Origin: Candidatus Multivorans sp.
Lineage (GTDB): Bacteria > Acidobacteriota > Thermoanaerobaculia > Multivoradales > Multivoraceae
NCBI GenBank assembly: GCA_965247095.1
Contig: OZ251997.1
Location: 2,880,001 to 2,944,000, forward strand
DNA: 64,000 nt
Direction: 5' to 3'
Under the pieces are notes generated by a model. The model was not told where the DNA came from, ran no database searches, and saw only the letters and a program-made list of their open reading frames with translations. A program made the position numbers and the translations under genes. Below, piece by piece: positions 36,832 through 45,755 of the stretch. Positions within the stretch are counted from its first letter, which is position 1, and each line of letters begins with the position of its first letter.

Positions 36832-39800
36832 ACGGTCGGCGGATCTTCGCTGCGGTCACCGTAGGTCACCTCGGCATCGACATCTTCAACAGCATGGGGC
36901 CGGTGCTGCTGGCCTTCCTGAAGGCGCCGCTCGGCCTCAGCGTCACCCAGGTCGGCTTCGCTCTCGGTCTCTACCAGTTCCTGGCCGGCGCGACCCAGCC
37001 GGGGTTCGGCTGGGTAGTGGACCGCTTGGGCACCCGGTTCCTGGGGCCGGCAAGCGTGGCCGTCAACCTGGCCTGCATCGGCCTGGCGGTCGCCGCCGCC
37101 GACGCCTTTGGCAGCTACGCCCTGTTCCTGATTCCCTTCGCCATAGCGGCGGTGGCTTCCGGCGCGTTTCATCCGCTCGGCGTACTGCACGCCAGCACCG
37201 CGGATCTCTCGCGCTCATCTTTCTTCACGGCCGTGTTCTTTTTCTTCGGCCAGGTCGGGCTCGCCTGCGGACCGATGCTGGTCGGCTACGCGCTCGACCG
37301 CTCCGGTCTGACGGGCGTCTACTGGCTGTTGCTGGTGGTGGCGCCGGTTCCGCTCTTCATGGCCTTCGCGATGGGACCGCGGCGGCTCCACGAGCGGCGT
37401 TCGGAGTTGCTGCTCGAGGAAGAGGCGACGGCGGGAAACACGGGGCCGAGCGAACCCGCCCAGCCGGGTGTCATCGCGCTCCTGGCGCTGATCTTCGCGG
37501 GCCGCGCCTGGGTCTTCATCGGCACCCTCGTGTTCCTGCCGCTGCTGTTCAGACAGCAGGGTTGGAGCGGTCTCGAGCAGGGCGCGGTCGGCGGCCTGTT
37601 CACGCTCGGCGGCGCCATCTCAGCCATCGCTGCCGGCGCGCTCGTTGATCGTTGGGGCCGGCGCCTTGTGGTGTTCGTGCCCACCCTGCTCGGCGCCTTG
37701 CTGCTGGCGGTGCTGCCGGGGTCGGGAACCTGGGCGTTTGCGGTCGCCCTGGTGTGCGGCGCCCTGCTCGGGGCGCCCCACTCGGTCCTGATGGTCATGG
37801 CGCAGTCGCTCCTGCCCTGGCGGCGGGGCCTCGCTTCCGGCAGCGCACTCGGTTTCCTGTTCGCCATGGGCGCGGTGTCCAGTTCGGCCATCGGGTTTCT
37901 TGCCGAGCGCTTTGGGCTGGCTGAGGTGCTGCAGGTGGGTTCCGTGATCGGCGTGGCCGTGGCCTTTGCCTCCTTGCTGTTGCCCAGGGAGCGTCCGTCG
38001 CGTTTCGCCGCGGCGCCGGCGGTGTCGGCGGTTCTCGTCGTTGCGACCCTGGGCCTGACCTTGTTTGGGGCGCGCCCGGCCGCGGCGAGCCTGAATGGCG
38101 AGATCAACGGGCAGGTGCGTGACGTCGCGACGGACCTTCCGCTGGCCGGGGCCGAGATCAGGATCACCGGCGACCAGTTGTACAGCCCCCGGATCGTTCA
38201 CGCCGGGGACGGCGGCAGCTACCGTGCGCCCGGCCTGCCGCCGGGCGTCTACCACGTGGAGGCGACGGTGGACGGCTACGTCACCACCGTGGTGGAAAAC
38301 CTGGTTCTGGTCGTAGGCGGCGTTCTGCGGGTCGATTTCCAGATGCGGAGCGGCAGCGCCTCGATGCTCGAACTCGTCTCCTCGCCCCTGCTCGATGTGG
38401 TGACCGGCAGTGACGGGAATGTGCTCGCGGGCGACGATCTGCGGGAACTGCCGGGCAGTACCGCCGCCGTCAATCTCGATCTTGCCGCGGGTCTGGACCC
38501 GGCGGGCGGCGATCTCTCCGTCAACGGTTGGTCGCCGGGCTTCGCCACCTACCGGGTAGACGGCCAGGATCGCGTACTGCCGGGCCTTTCGGCGGCCGCC
38601 GTCGATCCGCGCTGGGTGGATCAGGTGCGGGTGCGTTCGATGGACTTCGCGGCGGCGATGGCCGGGCCGCACGTCGACGTGATCACGCGCTCGGGAGGGA
38701 CCGAGTGGAGTGTCAATGGCGGCTGGTCGGTGGTCGAACCGTTCGACACCGGGGAGCGGCCCGCGCTGCGTCTGCTGGGCGTGGAGCGGTTGCCCGCGGG
38801 TGGCGTCGATCGGAGGAGCGTGGATGGCGAGGAGGCGACCGTGTTCCTCGGCGGGCCACTGCGGGACAAGCGCGCCCGGGCCTTCGGCGGCTACTCGACG
38901 AGTCGCACGAGTGGGGAGGTGGAGCTCTTCGGCGCCGGTGCGCCGGTGACCTGGAAGGAGACGATCGAGCAGTCGGTGGGCAAGTTCGACTGGTGGGCCG
39001 GATCGGCCAGCAACCTGACTCTGAAGCACCATTCGGGATCGAGTGAGCTGGACGGCCGGAGGCCGGCGCTCCTGGTGCTTCCTTCGGCCGACGGGCGGGA
39101 GAACCGCCGGTCCACCGAGGAGACGACGAGCCTCAACGTCGAATGGGGAATCACGGACCGACTCTGGCTGCGAGTATTCGCGGGACGCTCGGACCAGCGG
39201 GGCCGCGAGGAGCCGTGGCAGGACGCCGGCGTCTACTTTGCGGCGCCTGCCGGAGGCCGCGCCGCGGGGTGGTACGAAGCTCGTCCCGCCGGCCTTGTCC
39301 GCCGAGCGGCGGAGCGCCGGAACTGGGCGGTCGAGCCGTCCTTCTTCCTGTTCGACCACACCCTGGAAGTGGGCGTGCAGAACTCCCGGGGAGACCTGGA
39401 GTTGGTCCGGTCCGACCATCCCGGAAGGCTGCTGGCGTTGCCCGGCGGGGCGCTACCGGAGTGGAGCGGCCGGCCCCTCGCGGCCACCGGTCTGCGGCAG
39501 GAGAAGCGTGCCCTCTACGTCCAGGACGCCTGGCGTCTGGCGGGTCCGTTCGACCGCCGCGTCACCCTCCACCTGGGTCTGCGTGCGGAGGAGGAGAGGA
39601 CCGGCCCGCTTGAGTTGGCTTTCGACGACCGCACGGAGCCGCGGCTCGGCTTTGTCTGGGATGTCGGCGGCCGCGGCAAGTGGAAGGTTTACGGCGGTGG
39701 GGCCTGGTCGCATGTCGACGCGTTCCGGTCGTTTGGCGGTCTGGCGGGGATCGACGCCGCGGGCGGTCTTGAGGCGGGCGATTTCTTCGGTTCCGGCCTC

Positions 39801-40766
39801 GACTTCGGCCGCGCTGCGGTGGATCCCGATCTGCGTCCAGGCCTCGTGCGGGAGGTGCAATTCGGTACCCGCTACCAGTTCCTGCCTGACGTGGTCATCT
39901 CGGCGCGCCTCGCCCGGCGCCGCCTTCGCGACGGCATTCGCCTGGTGCCCACCCTCGTTGACGGAGAGGTCGTGTCGACCCTGCTGACCCCCGGCCGCGG
40001 CGCCGGCCGCGCACCCTGGGGCGAGACCGGCGCCGACCTGCCGCGACTCGAGCAGGAGTGGTGGGGCGCCGAACTGAACGCGAACGTCGGTCTCAGCCCG
40101 GCCTGGCGCGTTCATCTCACCTACCTTTGGAGCCGGCTGACCGGCAACCACGAGGCCGGCGGCCTCGGGCTTCAGGCCCTCAGTGGGATGGACGTTCATC
40201 CGGGAGTGGCCGCGCTCGACCTCTGCTCGTCGCCGGTGCCCTGCGACGTCTTCGATGTGACCGATGAGAGCCGGCGTCTCGACGCCGACCGCGAGCACCA
40301 GCTCTCCGGCTGGCTCGTGCTGTCTCCCGGCGACCGGTTGTTGATGGCCCTCGTTTACCGCTTCCGCACCGGCGGGGCTTACGTGCCGCGGACCATGGCG
40401 GTACGCCTCGACGAGGCGAACCGCATCCTCAGCACCGGCCTCGCGCCGTTGCCTCGGAGTCCGGACACGCCGATCAAGAGCTCCGACCTCAAGCGCGCGG
40501 ACCTCTCCCTGACCTACCGCGTGCCGCTGCGCTCCAACGACCGGCGCCTGTCCCTGTTCGCCGAAGCCCTGAACGTCTTCGACCAGGACGCGGCGTCGGT
40601 GCTGTGGCCGCTCGCCTACCTCGATCCGGTACTGATCGGCTTTGGTCAGAGCGACCTGCTTGCCGCGGCGGCCGCGCAACAGGCGAGACCGGACCTCCGT
40701 GAGTCCCGGCCGGCTGCGTTCCCGGACAGCCGGCGGGTGCGTGCCGGGTTGCGGTTGCAGTTCTGA
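36828..40766 (+). CDS. MFS transporter (Fsr-like) fused to an Oar-like TonB-dependent receptor
   Basis: aa 1-~388: GWVVDRLG, SGAFHP, GALVDRWGRR, ~12 TM; aa ~389-420 signal-like ending PAAA; then carboxypeptidase-regulatory-like domain (GEINGQVRD..LAGAEI..GLPPGVY.VEA), plug (DVITRSG), barrel (ALYVQDAW, LHLGLR, PRLGFVWD), terminal ..GLRLQF. Confidence 0.85.
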   Translation: MNGRRIFAAVTVGHLGIDIFNSMGPVLLAFLKAPLGLSVTQVGFALGLYQFLAGATQPGFGWVVDRLGTRFLGPASVAVNLACIGLAVAAADAFGSYALFLIPFAIAAVASGAFHPLGVLHASTADLSRSSFFTAVFFFFGQVGLACGPMLVGYALDRSGLTGVYWLLLVVAPVPLFMAFAMGPRRLHERRSELLLEEEATAGNTGPSEPAQPGVIALLALIFAGRAWVFIGTLVFLPLLFRQQGWSGLEQGAVGGLFTLGGAISAIAAGALVDRWGRRLVVFVPTLLGALLLAVLPGSGTWAFAVALVCGALLGAPHSVLMVMAQSLLPWRRGLASGSALGFLFAMGAVSSSAIGFLAERFGLAEVLQVGSVIGVAVAFASLLLPRERPSRFAAAPAVSAVLVVATLGLTLFGARPAAASLNGEINGQVRDVATDLPLAGAEIRITGDQLYSPRIVHAGDGGSYRAPGLPPGVYHVEATVDGYVTTVVENLVLVVGGVLRVDFQMRSGSASMLELVSSPLLDVVTGSDGNVLAGDDLRELPGSTAAVNLDLAAGLDPAGGDLSVNGWSPGFATYRVDGQDRVLPGLSAAAVDPRWVDQVRVRSMDFAAAMAGPHVDVITRSGGTEWSVNGGWSVVEPFDTGERPALRLLGVERLPAGGVDRRSVDGEEATVFLGGPLRDKRARAFGGYSTSRTSGEVELFGAGAPVTWKETIEQSVGKFDWWAGSASNLTLKHHSGSSELDGRRPALLVLPSADGRENRRSTEETTSLNVEWGITDRLWLRVFAGRSDQRGREEPWQDAGVYFAAPAGGRAAGWYEARPAGLVRRAAERRNWAVEPSFFLFDHTLEVGVQNSRGDLELVRSDHPGRLLALPGGALPEWSGRPLAATGLRQEKRALYVQDAWRLAGPFDRRVTLHLGLRAEEERTGPLELAFDDRTEPRLGFVWDVGGRGKWKVYGGGAWSHVDAFRSFGGLAGIDAAGGLEAGDFFGSGLDFGRAAVDPDLRPGLVREVQFGTRYQFLPDVVISARLARRRLRDGIRLVPTLVDGEVVSTLLTPGRGAGRAPWGETGADLPRLEQEWWGAELNANVGLSPAWRVHLTYLWSRLTGNHEAGGLGLQALSGMDVHPGVAALDLCSSPVPCDVFDVTDESRRLDADREHQLSGWLVLSPGDRLLMALVYRFRTGGAYVPRTMAVRLDEANRILSTGLAPLPRSPDTPIKSSDLKRADLSLTYRVPLRSNDRRLSLFAEALNVFDQDAASVLWPLAYLDPVLIGFGQSDLLAAAAAQQARPDLRESRPAAFPDSRRVRAGLRLQF

Positions 40767-41302
40767 TGTCGGCTCAGGCGCAGGGAGACCGCAAGGTCAT
40801 CATCATCGCCGGGCCCAACGGGGCCGGGAAGACCACGTTCGCCTTGGAGTACCTGCCGTATGAGCCGGCCTGTCCGATCTTCGTCAACGCCGACCTCATT
40901 GCGGCGGGCCTGTCGCCGCTCCAGCCGGCAGCGGCGCTGTTTCGAGCCGGCCGTCTGATGCTGCAGGAGATTGACGATCACGCGAACCACGGCCGGAGCT
41001 TCGCCTTCGAGACGACGCTCGCTGGTCTAGGCTATGTACGGAGGATTCGCCGGTGGCAGGGCATGGGCTACGTGGTCAAGTTGATCTACCTGCCGCTCGC
41101 GACTCCCGAGGAGGCGATCAAGCGTGTGGAGCAGCGGGTGAAGCAAGGCGGCCACGGCATTCCTGAAGACATCATCCGGCGGCGCTTCGACCGGAGTTTG
41201 AAGAACTTCCGAACCGTGTATTGCGACATCGTTGACATCTGGCAGGTCCTCAACCGACGTGGTTACGATCTCGTCGTTGTGGAGGAGGGGGACAACCGAT
41301 GA
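40766..41302 (+). CDS. Zeta-toxin-like / AAA_33 P-loop protein
   Basis: IIAGPNGAGKTT, FVNADLIA.GL, SFAFETTL, RV..RVKQGGH.IPE..IRRRF. Confidence 0.9.
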   Translation: MSAQAQGDRKVIIIAGPNGAGKTTFALEYLPYEPACPIFVNADLIAAGLSPLQPAAALFRAGRLMLQEIDDHANHGRSFAFETTLAGLGYVRRIRRWQGMGYVVKLIYLPLATPEEAIKRVEQRVKQGGHGIPEDIIRRRFDRSLKNFRTVYCDIVDIWQVLNRRGYDLVVVEEGDNR

Positions 41303-41508
41303 GAGCGCAGAAGCGGCAGCTTCCTGTCTCACGACTTGACGATCCTGACATGCAGGCTGCACCCGCCGCTATGGAGCGCGCCCTGAGGCGTGCCCACAAG
41401 GTCGCGCACCAACACGGCACCACCGTTCTCGTGGTGGAGAGCGGCAAGCTGGTCGAAATCGAACCGGATCCGGCGATGTACGAAGACAAGTCGGGGCTCA
41501 GACCATGA
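41299..41508 (+). CDS. Small partner (putative antitoxin) of the AAA protein
   Basis: ATGA overlap; AAMERALRRA..VA..HGT..LVVESGKLVEI. Confidence 0.7.
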   Translation: MRAQKRQLPVSRLDDPDMQAAPAAMERALRRAHKVAHQHGTTVLVVESGKLVEIEPDPAMYEDKSGLRP

Positions 41509-41512
41509 ATGA

Positions 41513-41550
41513 CCGGCGCGAAGCGCCGGCCTCCGGAAGTTCTGCCGCGC
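41513..41550 (+). repeat. Right end of composite REP (module D + terminal repeat)
   Basis: CCGGCGCGAAGCGCCGGCCTCCGGAAGTTCTGCCGCGC matches 12255-12292. Confidence 0.85.
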
Positions 41551-41581
41551 CAGGCCACGTGCGAAGGATCCAGCCGAGGGA

Positions 41582-41926
41582 ATGCGACAACCGATGAAAG
41601 CGGAGGACCGCCTCGTTGCGGCCATGGTGGACGCCATCGTTGCCGAAGTCGATCCGGAACGGGTGATTCTCTTCGGCTCGCGGGCGCGAGGGGAGGAGGG
41701 GGAGAAGTCGGACGTGGACCTCGTCGTGATCGAGGCCGAGCCGTTCGGCGAGAGCAGGAGTCGGCACGCGGAAATGGTGCGCATTGATGTCGCGCTCGCG
41801 AAGTTCAGGGTGCCTGCGGACGTCCTCGTCTACAGCGAAGACGAAGTCGAGTACTGGCGCGATTCGATCAACCACGTGCTGGCGCGTGCACTGCGGGAGG
41901 GGCGAGCCCTCTATGAGCGACCCTAA
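41582..41926 (+). CDS. Minimal nucleotidyltransferase (MNT antitoxin)
   Basis: VILFGSRARG....SDVDLVVI...DVLVYS. Confidence 0.92.
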   Translation: MRQPMKAEDRLVAAMVDAIVAEVDPERVILFGSRARGEEGEKSDVDLVVIEAEPFGESRSRHAEMVRIDVALAKFRVPADVLVYSEDEVEYWRDSINHVLARALREGRALYERP

Positions 41927-42158
41927 GTGCGCTCGTCCGATCACCCACAACATCGCCCAACTGCTCGACGCTCTGCAAGCGCATGAGATGGAGGCCGTGG
42001 GCTACCGGGATCTGATTGCCCTCAATCCGTATGCGGTTCGGCTCCGCTATGTGGGGCAAGAGCCCGAGACGCCGGGAGTCGATCGTGAAGCGGTCGTTGG
42101 GCGAATCGAGTCGCTCATGGAGCGGGTGCAGTGGCAACTGAGTCGCTCGCTCCAATAG
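41913..42158 (+). pseudogene. HEPN domain gene with probable in-frame internal deletion
   Basis: MSDPKCAR joined directly to PITHNIAQLL...LNPYAVRLRY; the A..DL / FHAQQA.EK..KA helices expected in this family are absent; 81 aa. Confidence 0.65.
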
Positions 42159-42328
42159 AGCCTGGCGCCAAGGTCATCATCATCGCCGGGCCCAACGGCG
42201 CCGGGAAGACCACGTTCGCCCTGGAGTACCTGCCCTATGAACCGGTCATCAGGCGGCGGTTCGACCGGAGCTTGAAGAACTTGGTGGAGAACGGCGAGAT
42301 GGTGGAGATCGAGCCGGCACCGAACTGA
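42159..42328 (+). pseudogene. Collapsed paralog of the AAA + partner operon
   Basis: Three fused pieces matching ~40793-40867, ~41171-41208 and ~41432-41472. Confidence 0.85.
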
Positions 42329-42338
42329 GCGGTTGCCG

Positions 42339-42725
42339 CTACCACGAGATCCGCACGGGATACTGAGAAACCAGCCTGTCCGGCGTTACCAGCGTCATGC
42401 CGTGCTCGATCGCCTGGCAGATCAGGAGGCGGTCGAAGGGGTCCTTGTGGAGGGGCGGGAGACGTTGTAGCTGCAGAGCGCTCGCTTCATCAAAGGGGAG
42501 GCTCTCAAAGCCGTGGCGCCTGCGCTGTTCGGGCACGAAGAGCTGAGGGTCCTGTGGCAACGGCAATCGGCCGAGGCCGTGTTTCACGGCGATTTCCCAA
42601 GCCGACGATGCGCTGAGATATACGGTGAACGCCGGGTCGGACACGGATCTTCGGACGGTCGCCGGCAGCCTGCGGTCATCCAGGCACCACCAGAGGAAGG
42701 TGCAGGTGTCGAGTAGCAGCTTCAC
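42339..42725 (-). CDS. vapC: VapC PIN toxin
   Basis: MKLLLDTCTFLWW, S.ASAWEIAVK, HKDPFDRLLICQA, LVTPD. Confidence 0.93.
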   Translation of the reverse strand: MKLLLDTCTFLWWCLDDRRLPATVRRSVSDPAFTVYLSASSAWEIAVKHGLGRLPLPQDPQLFVPEQRRRHGFESLPFDEASALQLQRLPPLHKDPFDRLLICQAIEHGMTLVTPDRLVSQYPVRISW

Positions 42726-42979
42726 TCGTCGGGGAAGACCGGTCCGTTCTCGAAGGCTTCGATGAAGTCGTCCGGCAGCGGATCGAAGAACGACTCCGGG
42801 ATCGTGAACTGTCCGCGGCACAGTCCAATGGGTCGGGGCTTCTTGCGCTCCCGCGGCAGCGGCCGGATCTCGGCGACCGGCTTGTTGCGACGGCAGAGGA
42901 TGATCGTCTCGCCTTCCTTGAGTTCGGCGATGTGGTGGGACAGGTGAGTCTTCGCTTCGTGCATGTTGAGTCGCTTCAT
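42722..42979 (-). CDS. Phd/YefM antitoxin
   Basis: NMHEAKTHLS...GETIILCRRNKPVAEI.P; F.IPESFFDPLP. Confidence 0.92.
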   Translation of the reverse strand: MKRLNMHEAKTHLSHHIAELKEGETIILCRRNKPVAEIRPLPRERKKPRPIGLCRGQFTIPESFFDPLPDDFIEAFENGPVFPDE

Positions 42980-42986
42980 GACTGGA

Positions 42987-43016
42987 AACTTAGTTCATTT
43001 TCTGAGTCGTTGTCAA
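42987..43016 (-). promoter_or_regulatory. Sigma70-type leaderless promoter of phd-vapC
   Basis: TTGACA-18nt-TAAGTT-7nt-ATG on the minus strand. Confidence 0.75.
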
Positions 43017-43085
43017 AGGGGGAAGATGACCGTGGAACCTCAGGACCCCTATGCGGAGGGAGAGCGAGGTCCTGCGATGCCGCGC

Positions 43086-45650
43086 CTACACCAGTTCGCT
43101 CAGCCGCCGGAGCGCCGCCAGCAGGTCCGGCTGCTCCGTCAGTACGCCGCGCAGCGGGTCGGTCTTGAGCTTCTTGAGCCGCTCCGGCACCGAGTGGATG
43201 TTGTGGTCGCGCAGGTCGAGGCCGGGTTTGACCTCGGACCAGCGGAGCGGTGTGGACACCGGCGCCGCGGGGAGCGGGCGGACGCTGAAGGGGGCGACCA
43301 GGAGGCGGCCGCGGCCGTTCTGGACGAAGTCGATGTAGACCTTGCCGTCGCGACGTTCGGGGTTGCGGGTGATGGTGGCGATGTCGGGCAACTGGCGGCA
43401 GATGATCTGGGCGATGAGTTGGCCGAGGCTGCGGGACTGTTCGAAGGTGCAGGCGCCGCCGAGCGGCAGGAGGACGTGCAGGCCGCTCGAGCCGCTGGTC
43501 TTGACGAAGCTGGGCAGCTTGATCTTCCGGCACAGGCGGCGGATGGCCAGGGCGATCTCGATCACGTCCTCGAACGGTGCGTCCTTGGGGTCAAGGTCGA
43601 GGATGCACCAGTCGGGCTGGCCGAGCTGGTGGCGCCGGCTGGACCACACGTGGAGGACGATCGCGCCCAGGTTGGCGACGTAGATCAGGCTCTCCCGGTC
43701 CTGGCAAACGAAGTACTCGACTTCCTTGTCCGTCCGGGGATTGGTCAGCTTGACCCTCTGCAGCCAGTTCGGTGCGAAGTCGGGCGCGTTTTTCTGGAAG
43801 AACGACTTGCCGTGGATCCCGTCCGGATAACGGGTCATCACCAGCGGACGGTCGGTGAGGTAGAGCTGCATCGCGTCGGCGATGGCGGCGTAGAAGTCGA
43901 TCAGGTCGCCCTTCGTGTAGCCCTCGACCGGCCAGAAGACCTTGGAGGTGTTCGTCACTTCGACGCGACGCTCCGGCGGCGCCGGCGGGGTGGCCCCGGG
44001 GGCTCGCGGCCCGGCGCCGCGCACGCAGTCCTCGATGGGCTTGTCATCGCGTAGGCGCAGAAAGACCGGGTGCCGGAGCATGCCGTGGGGCGTCCACTCC
44101 TTGTAGCGGACCTCGCAGATCAGCTCCGGGTCCGGCTCGACCCAGGTCTGGTCTTCGATCCGGCCGCCCATCAGGTCTCCCGCGGTCAGCTCGTCGCCCG
44201 CGGGCGACCGGCAGGGCGGCGCCTCAAGCTGGGCCAGGGAGAGCCGTTCGGTCAGTTCGCTGAGTGCGGCGTCGCTTAAGCCGGTGCCGACGCGCCCGGC
44301 GTAGACGAGCCCGGCAGCCTCGGCGTCCCACACCGCGAGGTGGAGCGAGCCGAAACCGACCCGGCTGCCCTTGGGCGGCGACATGCCGACGATCGCGAAG
44401 TCGGCGGTCCGTTCGGTTCGCAGCTTCACCCAGGACGACGAGCGGCGGCCGACGTAGCGGGAGTCGCCGTCCTTGGCCATCGCGCCCTCGAGGCCCATGG
44501 CCGCCACCTGCTCGAAGAAGGCCTCGCCCTGTTCCTCGATGTGGTCCGAGTAGCGGAGCGGTCCGGCCGGGGACAGGACCTTCGCCAGCAGGGCCTTCCG
44601 CTCCACGAGGGGCAGCGACCTCAGGTCCGACCCCTCGAAGGCGACGAGATCGAAGGCGAACAGGGTCGCGGGCCGGCGCACGGCGGCCTGTTCGATGTCG
44701 ACCGGGCGGCTGAGCAGGGCCCGCGTCTGCAGTCTGGCGAAGCTCGGTCTGCCGCCTGAGTCGAGCGCGACGACCTCGCCGTCCAGCACCAGGGACCGCA
44801 CCGGCAGGGCCCGCAGGGCGCGGGTCAGTTCGGGGTAGAGCGCGGTCACGTCGCCGCCGTTCCGGTAGCGCAGGAAGACGCTGCCGCCTTCCTTGGCCGC
44901 CACCAGCCGGTAGCCGTCGTACTTCAGCTCGTAGATCCAGCCCTGGCGCGAGAAGGGCCGGGCGCCGGTGACCGCCAGCATCAGCGGCAGAGACCGCGGA
45001 TCGACCCGGCGGCTGCGCGCGGCCGAGTCGGCGACGTCGGCGCGAACCTCCTCGATCCGCTCGCATCCGTCGCGCAGTTCCTCGACGGTGAGACCCGAGA
45101 GCACGGACTGGGGCGGCAGGTCATCGTCGCTGTCGCCGCCATCCGGCCGCGCGGCGGCGTCGGGCTTCTTCATCAGCAGCCACTGGTTCCCGTCGTCCTG
45201 CTGGCGCGGGTCTCTGATGCGGAACAGGGTCCAGACACCGCGCAGCTTGTAGCCGTGCAGCTCGAACAGGAGCTTGCCGGCTTCCATGCCGGCGACCGGA
45301 TCCTCGAGCGGCCTCCAGCGGCCGCTGTCCCAGACGATCATCGCGCCGGCGCCGTAGTTGCCGGCGGGGATCGATCCTTCGAAGTCGGCGTACTCCAGCG
45401 GGTGGTCCTCGGTGGCCACCGCCAGGCGCTTGACCTCCGGGTCGAGACTGGGTCCGCGCGGCACGGCCCAGGACTTGAGCGTGCCTTCGAGTTCCAGGCG
45501 CAGGTCGAAGTGGACCCGGCGTGCCGCGTGCTTCTGGACCACGAAGCGGCCGCCGCCTGTCCCCGTCGCAGGACCGAAGGGTTCTGGCGTCGCCTCGCTC
45601 GATCGCTTGCGGCGGTAGGCCTCGAGATTGCCGCTCGGCATCCGCTGCAT
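43086..45650 (-). CDS. ligD: NHEJ DNA ligase D (phosphoesterase-ligase-polymerase)
   Basis: FVVQKHAARRVHFDLRLE; ELKYDGYR; EGAMAK; RYPDGI.G.SFFQK; KTSGSSGLH. Confidence 0.96.
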   Translation of the reverse strand: MQRMPSGNLEAYRRKRSSEATPEPFGPATGTGGGRFVVQKHAARRVHFDLRLELEGTLKSWAVPRGPSLDPEVKRLAVATEDHPLEYADFEGSIPAGNYGAGAMIVWDSGRWRPLEDPVAGMEAGKLLFELHGYKLRGVWTLFRIRDPRQQDDGNQWLLMKKPDAAARPDGGDSDDDLPPQSVLSGLTVEELRDGCERIEEVRADVADSAARSRRVDPRSLPLMLAVTGARPFSRQGWIYELKYDGYRLVAAKEGGSVFLRYRNGGDVTALYPELTRALRALPVRSLVLDGEVVALDSGGRPSFARLQTRALLSRPVDIEQAAVRRPATLFAFDLVAFEGSDLRSLPLVERKALLAKVLSPAGPLRYSDHIEEQGEAFFEQVAAMGLEGAMAKDGDSRYVGRRSSSWVKLRTERTADFAIVGMSPPKGSRVGFGSLHLAVWDAEAAGLVYAGRVGTGLSDAALSELTERLSLAQLEAPPCRSPAGDELTAGDLMGGRIEDQTWVEPDPELICEVRYKEWTPHGMLRHPVFLRLRDDKPIEDCVRGAGPRAPGATPPAPPERRVEVTNTSKVFWPVEGYTKGDLIDFYAAIADAMQLYLTDRPLVMTRYPDGIHGKSFFQKNAPDFAPNWLQRVKLTNPRTDKEVEYFVCQDRESLIYVANLGAIVLHVWSSRRHQLGQPDWCILDLDPKDAPFEDVIEIALAIRRLCRKIKLPSFVKTSGSSGLHVLLPLGGACTFEQSRSLGQLIAQIICRQLPDIATITRNPERRDGKVYIDFVQNGRGRLLVAPFSVRPLPAAPVSTPLRWSEVKPGLDLRDHNIHSVPERLKKLKTDPLRGVLTEQPDLLAALRRLSELV

Positions 45651-45755
45651 TCTCCCAGAAGCCGGCCGGCATACCCGGGGAGACCCCGGCCGCCAGTGTC
45701 AACGGAGCTTGCGGAAGAACGGCCGAACCGGTTTCGGTGCTAAGGTTTGCCGTCT

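Noticed and set aside
35085-37190. Long antisense or alternate-frame ORFs (701 aa here; also 51267-53531, 21247-23148, 22257-24002, 37620-39419)
   Set aside because: They shadow well-supported genes, have no recognisable motifs, and are expected in GC-rich DNA.
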